A stretch of DNA of 38,986 nucleotides from an uncultured Opitutales bacterium (GCA_964582055.1 CAZOPT010000004.1:1-38986), one strand, 5' to 3'; positions 19,569-29,389 are shown, numbered from the stretch's first letter. Notes: generated by a model from the letters alone, not told the origin. A program made the numbers and translations.

Positions 19569-19856
19569 TTACTTTCGTTGATTTTTAGAATGAAACATCT
19601 TGAGCATACGATCCGTAACCCAATAACCGCCAACGATATTAATCATGGCAAAAAAGATACCAATATATCCTAAAATAAGCGTTAATGGCTCACGTGCTTG
19701 AGATAAGGTAACAATTGCTCCAACCAAAGTAATACCGGAAATCGCATTCGTGCCAGACATAAGAGGCGTATGCAATTGCGATGGAATTTTAGCAATTAAT
19801 TCGAACCCCAACAAGCTTGCCAATAAAATGCAAAAACTTAACCAACCATAATCCAT
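19569..19856 (-). CDS. pntA: NAD(P) transhydrogenase alpha subunit, membrane part (alpha-2)
   Basis: LHTPLMSGTNAISG, NIVGGYWVTDRMLKMF. At 95 aa it is a split-alpha type. Confidence 0.93.
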   Translation of the reverse strand: MDYGWLSFCILLASLLGFELIAKIPSQLHTPLMSGTNAISGITLVGAIVTLSQAREPLTLILGYIGIFFAMINIVGGYWVTDRMLKMFHSKNQRK

Positions 19857-19943
19857 GCGAGTTAATGTAAAACATTTAACAACAAAGGGAAGTTAAAAGT
19901 TAAAAAATTTAACAAATCTATTTTATTGATCGCATCTTACTTA

Positions 19944-20423
19944 CTAAAAATAAGACCAAGCTGTATTAAAAATAAAAGTTTCAAAACAAACCCCGTCCTT
20001 ATTTATTAATTTCAACTTAAGTGCTGGCGTCGTTTTAGGTTCTTGTTCTAAAAGATTCCATGTCTTTTCATTGGTTTCCCAATAAAACCAAACGACCTGT
20101 TTCAAATTCTTTATAGGTATAAAAACTTCATCCTTTTCTCCAAATTTCTTCTTTAAAAAGGAAATTTTATAAGTTTTTTGCGTATCTAAAGTCCGAAAAC
20201 ATAAACAATTATTTTCTACATTAAAACGAGCACCCCTTTTTACGTAAGAAAGGATTTTTGTAAAACTATACAAAGGCGTAATTTCCTCATATTTATGCGC
20301 CTTTTTAACCCAAAGAAACACTTGTGCAAAAATCGTTATACATAGGCTCCAAACGCTTAAAGCCAGTAACATTTCCAAAATCGTAAACGCTTTTATCGCT
20401 TTTTTATCGCACATTTTTCGCAT
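19944..20423 (-). CDS. Prepilin/pseudopilin-like protein (class III signal)
   Basis: Basic leader, then KA|FTILEMLLAL (Phe+1, Glu+5) and a hydrophobic helix. Start uncertain (20441/20423/20414). Confidence 0.6.
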   Translation of the reverse strand: MRKMCDKKAIKAFTILEMLLALSVWSLCITIFAQVFLWVKKAHKYEEITPLYSFTKILSYVKRGARFNVENNCLCFRTLDTQKTYKISFLKKKFGEKDEVFIPIKNLKQVVWFYWETNEKTWNLLEQEPKTTPALKLKLINKDGVCFETFIFNTAWSYF

Positions 20424-20488
20424 TTTCTCATAAAATAACATTGACCTTTATCCTTTTTCAATGTTTTATTAAAGTAAATATTAATATT

Positions 20489-20764
20489 ATGAATAAATCA
20501 GAACTTATCGTTGAAATCCAAAGTTTGTTAGGTGAAGGCGCAACAAAAGTTTGTGCAGAACGTGCTTTAGAAGCTGTATTAGGTGCACTTAAAGCAGGTA
20601 TAAAGAAAGATAAAGCCGTTCAATTGGTTGGTTTTGGAACGTTTTCCATAACAGAACGCAAAGCTCGTAAAGGAGTTAATCCACAAACCGGAAAAACCAT
20701 TCAAATTGCTGCTTCGAAGACGGTTAAGTTTAAGCCTAGCGCTCAATTAAAAGAGATTTGCTAA
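20489..20764 (+). CDS. hup: Histone-like DNA-binding protein HU
   Basis: MNKSELI, VQLVGFGTF, RKGVNPQTG, VKFKPS. Start reassigned to ATG 20489. Confidence 0.96.
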   Translation: MNKSELIVEIQSLLGEGATKVCAERALEAVLGALKAGIKKDKAVQLVGFGTFSITERKARKGVNPQTGKTIQIAASKTVKFKPSAQLKEIC

Positions 20765-20772
20765 TTTTAAAC

Positions 20773-20798
20773 GGTAAGAATTTGAAAAAATTCTTATC
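20773..20798 (+). terminator. Stem-loop after hup
   Basis: GGTAAGAATTT-GAAA-AAATTCTTATC followed by a pyrimidine-rich tract. Confidence 0.5.
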
Positions 20799-20822
20799 AT
20801 TCCTTTCTTTCGAAATGCAGTT

Positions 20823-21014
20823 ATGAAATATACATTATTAGATGAAGCAGTAAAAGTTGTTCCAAATTCTGGAATTCTTATTAATTTAATTTCAAAACGT
20901 GTTAAACAGTTACGCAACGGTGCGGAACCTTTAGTTCATTCCTTGGAAAAACTGACATTGGAAGATATTGCTTTAAAAGAAATTATCGAAAAAAAGATCA
21001 CTGCAACCTTTTAG
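20823..21014 (+). CDS. rpoZ: RNA polymerase omega subunit
   Basis: LINLISKRVKQL..GAEPLV...IALKEI, 63 aa. Confidence 0.85.
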   Translation: MKYTLLDEAVKVVPNSGILINLISKRVKQLRNGAEPLVHSLEKLTLEDIALKEIIEKKITATF

Positions 21015-21026
21015 TTGCTGTGTTAA

Positions 21027-21503
21027 ATGAAAAAAAACACATTAGAAAATAATACCAAAACGATTTTTAATCGTAAGTTGGCTCATAATTTTTTTATTGG
21101 TAAAAAATTTGAAGCAGGTATTGTTTTATACGGAACTGAAATAAAATCCATACGAGCTGGTAATGTTACTCTTAGTGAGTCTTTTATCCGTTTGGATCGC
21201 AATGGCCGCCCGGTTTGGATCAATGCGTATATTAATGATTATAAATTCGGAAATATCAACAATCACGAACCATCTCGCTCACGCTTTTTACTTTTAAAGC
21301 ACAGAGAAATCAATGAATTACGTGGAGCTCTGGAACGTAAAAGCGAAAGTATTTTCCCCGTAAAATTATACTTTAAATCAGGTTTAGCTAAATTAGAAAT
21401 TGCTATTTGCCGAGCCAAAAAGTTGTTTGACAAGCGGAGAGACTTAAAAGATAAGGCTGAAAATCGAGATATGGAACGTGCTTTACGTTATAAATTTAAA
21501 TGA
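21027..21503 (+). CDS. smpB: SsrA-binding protein
   Basis: NRK..HNF, FEAGIVLYGTEIKSIR, NHEPSR.R.LLL, KKLFDKR. Confidence 0.96.
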   Translation: MKKNTLENNTKTIFNRKLAHNFFIGKKFEAGIVLYGTEIKSIRAGNVTLSESFIRLDRNGRPVWINAYINDYKFGNINNHEPSRSRFLLLKHREINELRGALERKSESIFPVKLYFKSGLAKLEIAICRAKKLFDKRRDLKDKAENRDMERALRYKFK

Positions 21504-21955
21504 TACATGTTGTTCTTTTTCGTCCTGAAATCCCACAAAACACAGGCAACATAGGTCGTTTGTGCGCTTGTACTAATACGTGTTTACATCTTATTCACCC
21601 GCTTGGATTTACCCTATCAGATCGCTATTTAAAACGTAGTGGAATGGACTATTGGAATTATCTCCAAGTAAAAGAATATGACAATTGGGAAGATTTTATG
21701 GCACGAAAAGAAGGCATCCAACGCATTTGGCTTCTCACTACTCATGCAAAAAAATCGTACACTGACGTTTCTTTTCAAGACGGTGATGCTATCCTTTTTG
21801 GAAGCGAAGGTAAAGGTTGTCCAGAAGAACTCCATCAAACCCTCAACGATTATCGTATTACAATCCCCCTACTCCATCCTAACGTACGCTCTTTAAATCT
21901 CAGTACAAGTGTTGGCATCGTCCGTTACGAAATTTATCGCCAATGTAAAATTTAA
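21500..21955 (+). CDS. trmL: tRNA (cytidine/uridine(34)-2'-O)-methyltransferase
   Basis: PEIPQNTGNIGRLC, RSGMDYW, FGSEGKG, RSLNLS. Confidence 0.93.
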   Translation: MIHVVLFRPEIPQNTGNIGRLCACTNTCLHLIHPLGFTLSDRYLKRSGMDYWNYLQVKEYDNWEDFMARKEGIQRIWLLTTHAKKSYTDVSFQDGDAILFGSEGKGCPEELHQTLNDYRITIPLLHPNVRSLNLSTSVGIVRYEIYRQCKI

Positions 21956-21996
21956 TGTAAAATCCACAAAATTTCCAAAAAAACTAGAATAAATTT

Positions 21997-24147
21997 TCAA
22001 AAATTGACACCAAATGAACTCGATTCTCTTTTGTTATCCCAAAGAACAGCGTCATTAAAGTAGAAGAAGTTTTTCTGAGATCGGGTACAAGCAACATAAA
22101 GCAGGCGTTGGAGTTCTCTGTGATAATCAGCAAATAGAGTTGTATCCCTGTCGTATTTATGCCAAAAGAGACGGTTTTTATGAACATAAGGATAACGTAT
22201 AGGTTTAGGACGAATCGACCGATGAACAAAAGGTAAAATAACGGTTTCCCATTCCAAACCTTTGGCCTTATGACATGAAAACCCTTGCAATGCATTTGAA
22301 TCTACCGTAACATCAACTTCCAAGATCACATCCAAATAAGTTCGTAACTGTGCTTCAAGATAGGCCCAAGATCGATGCTCTTGACTTGCCTCAAATGCTT
22401 TTTCCAACAAAATTTCAACAACAGTTTCATCGGTATCGTTCAATGGGCAATAATCTTGAAAAAATACGATTAATTGCTGTGTTCCTAAATAAAGATTTGA
22501 AGCAAACGTCGATTCTCGCAGCTGTCGTAATTGTTCTAAAATACGCATAATATTTCCTTCACCTTGGACGATTTGTTCAATTTGTAGGGTAGATGCATTT
22601 TCCGTCAATGCATACGCATCCACATCAAAAACTCCGTACAATATTCCCACCAATTCAAAGGTATCATCAGGAAAATTAATCAAGTGGATAAAAGCTAAAA
22701 CCGCACAAAACAAAGGATTTTGACGTCCAGTTGCTTTCTTAGAATGAAGTTGAAGCTGAAGCCCATGAGTCTTAAAATCTTCCGCAATAGCTTGCAACCA
22801 ATCATTACGTGGTGCTAAAATGCAAATAGTCGAAGGTATTACAGAATTTTCCATCAAAAATTTTTGAACAAATTCCGCTAAATAGTGAATTTCAAATGTT
22901 TCATTCGAAAGATCTGTCGTATTCTCAGGCACCTGAATTTCTTGAAATATACCTTTCCAATCAGTACGTGCTGATTGTAAAGGCACATAATCGACTTGTT
23001 GTGGATCTTTGACTTTATTCAAAATTTTTGGAAAATATTCATTTAAAGCTTCTACAATAGCTCTAGGACATCGATAAGTATCAGTAAAAACTAATTCCTG
23101 CCAATGACCTTTGCGAATACGTTCTTCATGAAGCTTTAAGTAAAAAGCGATATTTGAACGTGCCCCATAAATCGATTGTTGTGGATCTCCCACCATCGAA
23201 AATCGATTATCAGAACGCATTCCAATTAAACTTAACAAATACTTAAATTGATCCGCATCCGTATCCTGCGCTTCATCTAACAATATATACAGCTTTTTTT
23301 CTTTAAAAAATGCCTGTCCTGCTTCCCCTTGCAAACAATTTTGTGCAAAATGTACTAAATCCGAATGCCTCAAATAACCTTTTTCTAAGCGAAATTCAAA
23401 GTACTCTCTCGCTAAAATTTTAACATATTGCAGGGTTACTCTTCCTAAATGCTCATAAAAAGGACGAAATGTTTCATAAAAACACTGCTTAAACCCTTCA
23501 CCCCCCACCGAACATTCTGGCAAAAAACCAGTTACACCTTCTCGATAAGTCCTTTCCCATTGTTCCACAAGACGCTTCATATACTCAATTTGCAAGCGGT
23601 TGCGAGGTTCTGGCGAATAATCATAAATCGGGCTTAGATCTATTATAGGTAAGTTTTCTAAAGTATTAGAAGATTCCAAATTAGGCGACAAATCTTTGGT
23701 TAAATTCAACAAAACTTCTTCGTCAACAAATCGCAAAACATAGTTTCCCAACTCGCTTTTTACATCAAATTGTGACAAAAATTGTTCTCGTAAAACAGTC
23801 TCATCTTGCAAAATTTCAAAACGTTTTTGTGGATAAAACTGCTGAATATGTTGCCAACATAAACTGTGAATGGTTCCAAAAAAACTTTGTTCTAATAAAG
23901 GCAAAATTTTCTTAAAATCAGGGTATTGCTTTAATCGATCAAGCGTACGAATCCTCAATGTTTCTGCGGCTTTTCGTGTGTAAGTAATAACACACAAAGC
24001 AGGTAATTCTTCTGGCGTCTCTTGAACTAGGGTAAAAATACGCTCTACAATGGAATAAGTTTTGCCAACACCCGCCGGAGCGATTAATGAAAAATCTTGA
24101 TTAATAGATTTACAAAACAACGCTCGCTGTACAGCATCTGACATCAC
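21997..24147 (-). CDS. UvrD/AddA-like SF1 helicase without a C-terminal nuclease domain
   Basis: APAGVGKT, ITYTRKAA, GTIHS, LLDEAQDTD, VGDPQQSIY, TYRC, HKAKGLEW, RLLYVACTRS. Confidence 0.85.
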   Translation of the reverse strand: MMSDAVQRALFCKSINQDFSLIAPAGVGKTYSIVERIFTLVQETPEELPALCVITYTRKAAETLRIRTLDRLKQYPDFKKILPLLEQSFFGTIHSLCWQHIQQFYPQKRFEILQDETVLREQFLSQFDVKSELGNYVLRFVDEEVLLNLTKDLSPNLESSNTLENLPIIDLSPIYDYSPEPRNRLQIEYMKRLVEQWERTYREGVTGFLPECSVGGEGFKQCFYETFRPFYEHLGRVTLQYVKILAREYFEFRLEKGYLRHSDLVHFAQNCLQGEAGQAFFKEKKLYILLDEAQDTDADQFKYLLSLIGMRSDNRFSMVGDPQQSIYGARSNIAFYLKLHEERIRKGHWQELVFTDTYRCPRAIVEALNEYFPKILNKVKDPQQVDYVPLQSARTDWKGIFQEIQVPENTTDLSNETFEIHYLAEFVQKFLMENSVIPSTICILAPRNDWLQAIAEDFKTHGLQLQLHSKKATGRQNPLFCAVLAFIHLINFPDDTFELVGILYGVFDVDAYALTENASTLQIEQIVQGEGNIMRILEQLRQLRESTFASNLYLGTQQLIVFFQDYCPLNDTDETVVEILLEKAFEASQEHRSWAYLEAQLRTYLDVILEVDVTVDSNALQGFSCHKAKGLEWETVILPFVHRSIRPKPIRYPYVHKNRLFWHKYDRDTTLFADYHRELQRLLYVACTRSQKNFFYFNDAVLWDNKRESSSFGVNF

Positions 24148-24153
24148 TTTCCT

Positions 24154-25773
24154 TTAATTTAAATATCTCATTTTTTTAGGATTTTTTGCAAAATATTTCA
24201 TCAAGGTCAAACGATGAATTTTTGCATTATGACGAACATCAACCGGAAAGTTTTTGAAAATTGCAAAGTACTGAATGGGTGCAGTTTCGGGACAGGTTTT
24301 AGAATGTAAACGTAAGGCTTCCAAAAAAGCAATTCCGTTTGCTTTGGATAATTTCTTTTTGGGTTCAATAACAATCGCAGGAACTACTTCATTTCTTTGT
24401 TTAAACGCAATCAATGCCGATCGAAAAACCTCCTCATGAGCATTAAAAATAGCCTCGCAACAATCCGTATAGTACGTTTTTATTGCAGTAACAACTCGTT
24501 CTACTTTGCGTCCACAAAACCATAATCTTCCTTGAGTATCTTTATATCCCAAGTCACCCATACGATGCCAAATCTTTCCACGATCGCTAATTTTTGCCTT
24601 ATGAGTCGCCTCAGGATTATTTAAGTAAGACTTGCTGATATACGGTGCACAAACAACGATTTCCCCGATTTCTCCCTGCGGCAATTCAGGCGGTAAAACA
24701 TCCATTACTTCATCCGAAATCGGTACAATACGCACTTCAACCCCTTCGACAAGTTTTCCAACACAGGTCCCTTTGCCAGCAAGCGTCTGTTGGTAGGTCT
24801 CTTCCAAAACTTCTCGTGCAGAAATGCAGGCAATCGGTAATGCTTCTGTTGCACCATAAGGGGTATAAACCGTACCATTGGGCAATAAATCTTGTACGCG
24901 CTTTAGTAAATGCGGATGTACCGGGGCTCCTGCCAAAAAGACACGCTTTAATGCTGGGAAAGAAAGGTTTTTCCCTTCACAATACTCCACAATTTTTGTC
25001 CATAATCGAGGTGAACCAAAACTATGCGTAACCGAGCAGGTTTGTAGAGCCTCCACAATATAAGCCGGATTTAAACGACTTGGATGCGATGGATTCATTT
25101 CAGGCACAACAGTCGTCATACCAAAAACTGGATTATAAAGCGAAAAAACTGGCAATAGCGGTAAATCCACCTCACCTGCCTGTATTTTAAATAACTGTTG
25201 CAAGGCTTCAATTTGCGTATTGAAATCTTGATAGGTATAAACAGCGCCTTTAGGGGCCCCTGTTGATCCGGAAGTAAAAAGTACGGCTGCAGTTGCTTTC
25301 AAATCATTTTCTTGCTGTAAATGACACACAAAATTTTGTTTCTGAAGCCTTTGTTTTAACTTATGGGTAATAAAAATAACTTTTTTAACCCGCATCCATC
25401 CTTTTAATAGGAAAAGCAGTAATCGGGCTTTAGGACTCGCCAACAAAAAATCAGGTTGTGTCCTTCGAGTACATGCAACAAAATTCTTTAGCCCCATACC
25501 CGGATCAATGACAACCGGAATGGCTCCTATACGTAATAATGCAAAAACTGCAATGAGCAAATCTTCTCCTGGAGGTAATAAAATCAGAACCTTTTTCCCT
25601 CGCGAAAATTTTTTAGAAAACAAATATGTAGTCAACAAATCAACATCATGATGCATCGCTGCAAACGAACGATCTTTGTAAGACAATTGATCACCTTCCC
25701 GTACAGGAAACTTTAAACCGACTGTATCAGGTTGCTGACGGGCAGATTTTGCTAAAGCTTCAACGAGATTCAT
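24154..25773 (-). CDS. oleC: OleC-like AMP-forming ligase (olefin beta-lactone synthetase family)
   Basis: IDPGMG, FTSGSTGAPKG, DLPLLPVFSLYNP..GMTTVVPEMNP, TPYGATEALP, WHRMGDLG, WFCGRK and the OleC-typical FPVDVRHNAKI. Confidence 0.8.
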   Translation of the reverse strand: MNLVEALAKSARQQPDTVGLKFPVREGDQLSYKDRSFAAMHHDVDLLTTYLFSKKFSRGKKVLILLPPGEDLLIAVFALLRIGAIPVVIDPGMGLKNFVACTRRTQPDFLLASPKARLLLFLLKGWMRVKKVIFITHKLKQRLQKQNFVCHLQQENDLKATAAVLFTSGSTGAPKGAVYTYQDFNTQIEALQQLFKIQAGEVDLPLLPVFSLYNPVFGMTTVVPEMNPSHPSRLNPAYIVEALQTCSVTHSFGSPRLWTKIVEYCEGKNLSFPALKRVFLAGAPVHPHLLKRVQDLLPNGTVYTPYGATEALPIACISAREVLEETYQQTLAGKGTCVGKLVEGVEVRIVPISDEVMDVLPPELPQGEIGEIVVCAPYISKSYLNNPEATHKAKISDRGKIWHRMGDLGYKDTQGRLWFCGRKVERVVTAIKTYYTDCCEAIFNAHEEVFRSALIAFKQRNEVVPAIVIEPKKKLSKANGIAFLEALRLHSKTCPETAPIQYFAIFKNFPVDVRHNAKIHRLTLMKYFAKNPKKMRYLN

Positions 25774-28445
25774 AAGAGAAAGGTATTCCAGTTAAAAGCT
25801 TTCCAAGCAACATGCAATTGAGCAACTTCCTTAATTCCACCGGTTGCAAAATCAGGTTTTCCACCACCATTTGCCCCTAAAGGTTTCAAGAATTTTTGTA
25901 TAAGAGCCCCAGCAGTATACCCTTGTTTAATCGCCTGTTCTGAACAAAAAACAAGTACGATACCCTTATTATCAAACTCTCCTGCAGCTAACAAAATATC
26001 CGTTTTGTTTTGCGAAAAATAGCTCTTGCCCAAACTCCTTAAAAGCTGCATATCCGTAGATTGAATTTGAAATTGTACACATTGTAATTCTTTAATATTA
26101 GCTATTTGTTCAATTGTACTACCTACATTTTTTTGAAGGAGTTGGCGATATTTGGTTTCCAAATCTTGCTTTTGCATATTCAAGCGTTGATATTTACCAA
26201 AAACACCATCCAAAGTACACTCCATTTGATTTTCCAACTGTTTCACCGCTTGCGACAAGTGTACAGTAGCATCGTAAGCAACTCGACCTGCAATCGCTTC
26301 AATACGTCGCACACCAGACGCAATCGACATTTCTTGGACAATCTTTAAGAGACCTAATTCGCCTGTAGATTGCGCATGAGTTCCGCCACACAACTCCGTT
26401 GAAAAATCTCCCATTTTTACGACACGAACACGATTTCCATATTTATCCTCAAAAAAGGCCAAACAATTTTCAGGACGTTTATCGAAATCTATTTCTTCAG
26501 TGTCGACTGGCACATTTTCTAAAATTTTCTCATTACACAAACGCTCTATTGATTCTAATTGTACATCTGACAATTTCTCAAAATGCGAAAAATCAAAACG
26601 CAAGGATTGATCAGTAACCAATGAACCAGCCTGATGAACATGTTCACCCAAAACTTTTCGTAAAGCCCAATGTAACAAATGGGTTGCCGTATGATGTCGT
26701 GCAATTTGAAGACGTCGCTCGTAATTGACGATCAAGCGTACTTGTGTACCAATAAATTGTTGTATATCCTCAAAAGCAATACCTTCAACAACATGCAACA
26801 GAATATTACCATTCCATAAAGTATTTACAACAGAACATTCACGCCCATCTTTAAGGATAATCGCTCCTGTATCACCAATTTGTCCGCCTTTTTCTCCATA
26901 AAAAGGACTTTCCTTAACCGTTAAATAAATCTTACCATTTTCTGCAGTAACCGTTTCAATCATGGATTCCCAATGACAAATCTTTTCACGATCATAACCT
27001 ACAAATTCGGTCTTGTTATCCGTTTCTTGAGCTAAAACAACCATCGACTTTTTAGTAGCAGCTTTTGAACGTTCTTTTTGCTCGATCATCGCCGCTTCAA
27101 AACCTTTCGTATCTACTTTTATCCCGCGTTCTTTAGCAATTAATTGCGTCAAGTCGACTGGGAATCCATAGGTATCATACAATTGAAAAACTTTTTCTCC
27201 AGACAAAATAATTGAATTTTCAGAGACCCAACGATCAAATAAACGCAAACCACGATCCAAAGTAAGCTGAAAATTCTGTTCTTCCTTTAGTAAAACTTTT
27301 TTTATGGTATCAGCTTGTTGATGTAATTCAGAAAAAACTTCTCCTAATTGTTCGACAACAACTGCTGATAATTCTGAAAAAAATCCAACAGGCAATTGGA
27401 GTTTTTGTCCAAAGAGAATGGCACGCCGAATAATACGTCTAAGTACATAATTACGACCTTCATTGCCAGGCAAAATACCATCCGCAATAGCAAAGGATAA
27501 GGTTCGAATATGATCTGCAATAATCCTAAAAGCGCAATCCTTCAACGTTTCTGAAGGGATACCTCCATCTTCATTTAACGGAATGCGACCTTCATAACGA
27601 TGTCCAGAACGCTGTTGTAGCCAATCAAAAATAGCCGTAAAAAGATCACTGTCGTAATTGGATGGAGTCTTCGAAAAATCAGTAAAATTGCGTGTTGTCG
27701 CAAAAATACCAACAATACGCTCGAAACCCATTCCTGTATCAACAAACTTATCTTTTAACAATTCAAAACTACCATCTGGTAAAGCATTGTATTGCATGAA
27801 AACTAAATTCCAAATTTCAATACAACGCACATCTCCTTGATTAACCAAACGACCTTTAGAATCACCATTAGGCGTCAAATCGATATGAATCTCAGAACAT
27901 GGACCACAAGGTCCTGTATCACCCATCATCCAAAAATTGTCCTTCTTATTACCAAAAACAATGTGTATTGATGGATCAAGTCCTTCTTGACGGAAAATTT
28001 TATCCCAAATGACATAAGCTTCCTCATCAAATGCCGCAGGTTCACCCAATTCTGGCTTGTAAACGGTCGCGTAAAGACGTTCTTTGGGCACCCCCCAAAC
28101 TTGTGTTAACAGCTCCCAAGCCCAATAAATTGCTTCCTTTTTAAAAAAGTCACCAAAGGACCAATTCCCTAACATCTCAAAAAAGGTATGATGATAGGTA
28201 TCAAAGCCAACTTCCTCTAAATCATTGTGTTTGCCTCCAGCCCGAATACATTTTTGCGTATCAGCTACTCTCAATGCATTTGGTTTTCTTTCTCCCAGAA
28301 AATAAGGCACAAAAGAATTCATACCAGCATTTGTAAAAAGTAAATTTGGAGCTTTCGGCAACAGAGAACTTGATGGAACAATGCTGTGCCCCTTGCTTTC
28401 AAAAAACTTTAAAAAACTTTCACGAATCTCTTTAGACCTCATCAT
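25770..28445 (-). CDS. alaS: Alanine--tRNA ligase
   Basis: FTNAGM, HHTFFEMLGNWSFG, GPCGPCSEI, DTGMGFER, HTATHLL, ELCGGTH, GGGKPDFATGG. Confidence 0.99.
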   Translation of the reverse strand: MMRSKEIRESFLKFFESKGHSIVPSSSLLPKAPNLLFTNAGMNSFVPYFLGERKPNALRVADTQKCIRAGGKHNDLEEVGFDTYHHTFFEMLGNWSFGDFFKKEAIYWAWELLTQVWGVPKERLYATVYKPELGEPAAFDEEAYVIWDKIFRQEGLDPSIHIVFGNKKDNFWMMGDTGPCGPCSEIHIDLTPNGDSKGRLVNQGDVRCIEIWNLVFMQYNALPDGSFELLKDKFVDTGMGFERIVGIFATTRNFTDFSKTPSNYDSDLFTAIFDWLQQRSGHRYEGRIPLNEDGGIPSETLKDCAFRIIADHIRTLSFAIADGILPGNEGRNYVLRRIIRRAILFGQKLQLPVGFFSELSAVVVEQLGEVFSELHQQADTIKKVLLKEEQNFQLTLDRGLRLFDRWVSENSIILSGEKVFQLYDTYGFPVDLTQLIAKERGIKVDTKGFEAAMIEQKERSKAATKKSMVVLAQETDNKTEFVGYDREKICHWESMIETVTAENGKIYLTVKESPFYGEKGGQIGDTGAIILKDGRECSVVNTLWNGNILLHVVEGIAFEDIQQFIGTQVRLIVNYERRLQIARHHTATHLLHWALRKVLGEHVHQAGSLVTDQSLRFDFSHFEKLSDVQLESIERLCNEKILENVPVDTEEIDFDKRPENCLAFFEDKYGNRVRVVKMGDFSTELCGGTHAQSTGELGLLKIVQEMSIASGVRRIEAIAGRVAYDATVHLSQAVKQLENQMECTLDGVFGKYQRLNMQKQDLETKYRQLLQKNVGSTIEQIANIKELQCVQFQIQSTDMQLLRSLGKSYFSQNKTDILLAAGEFDNKGIVLVFCSEQAIKQGYTAGALIQKFLKPLGANGGGKPDFATGGIKEVAQLHVAWKAFNWNTFLL

Positions 28446-28580
28446 GTTTTTAGTTGTATAAGATCGGTCTCCTTAAAGCAATTCTTTTTCAAAAATTTAT
28501 TATTTATAAAAAGTTCTTTCCTAAAATCATCCTTAAAGACTTACCACATTTTGCAACAATGTTGCAATTTTAAAGAGAGT

Positions 28581-28612
28581 TTGAGAGAATTTTTTACAAA
28601 AAATTCTCTCAA
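28581..28612. terminator. Perfect palindrome just downstream of xth
   Basis: TTGAGAGAATTTTTT-AC-AAAAAATTCTCTCAA (15-nt arms), 6 nt past the xth stop. Confidence 0.6.
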
Positions 28613-28618
28613 TTTAAA

Positions 28619-29389
28619 TCACAACTTCTCCTGCATAATTAACTGAACAGGAGCGTGATCAGAACCTACAACATCTGCCAAAATTTCACACGAATCGACG
28701 CGGTGCATTAAACTTTTTGACGCAACAAAATAATCAATACGCCACCCAACATTTCGTTCGCGTGCTTTTGCACGATAAGACCACCAAGAATACTGTTTAG
28801 GTAAATCAGGGTGCAAATCCCTAAAAACATCTACAAAACCACAATCCAATGTTTGAGTAAACGATTGACGTTCCTGATCGGTAAAACCAGCGTGAAAATG
28901 ATGTGCTTCTGGATTTTCAAGATCTATTGGACAATGTGCAACATTTAAGTCACCACACCATAAAATCGGCTTTTTAACCTGTAAATCCACAAGTAACTTC
29001 CTAAAATTAGCATCCCAAATATCAACACGATAAGGTAACCGCTGCAACTCACTTTGCGCGTTAGGAACATAAGTATTAACGAGATAAAAAGTCTCAAATT
29101 CTGTTACAATAATACGCCCCTCAGGATGTTTTGGATCTACATCTAAAAGACGTACATGTATTGGCTCCTTATTTGTCAAAATCGCTGTACCAGAATACCC
29201 TTTTTTTACTTCGCAATGATTAAAATATTTATATGTAAAACCAGAAATTTCAGGACAAACATCACCATAAACTTTTGTTTCTTGTAAACACAAAATATCG
29301 GGCTGATGTTCTTCAATGAAATGATTAAAATTCTTACTTAAAATGGAACGCAAGCCATTAACATTCCAAGAAATGATTTTCGTCACCAT
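28619..29389 (-). CDS. xth: Exodeoxyribonuclease III / AP endonuclease
   Basis: ISWNVNGLR, LQETK, GYSGTA, YVPN, CGDLNVAH, GWRIDY, SDHAPV. Start reassigned to MVTKII (29389). Confidence 0.97.
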   Translation of the reverse strand: MVTKIISWNVNGLRSILSKNFNHFIEEHQPDILCLQETKVYGDVCPEISGFTYKYFNHCEVKKGYSGTAILTNKEPIHVRLLDVDPKHPEGRIIVTEFETFYLVNTYVPNAQSELQRLPYRVDIWDANFRKLLVDLQVKKPILWCGDLNVAHCPIDLENPEAHHFHAGFTDQERQSFTQTLDCGFVDVFRDLHPDLPKQYSWWSYRAKARERNVGWRIDYFVASKSLMHRVDSCEILADVVGSDHAPVQLIMQEKL

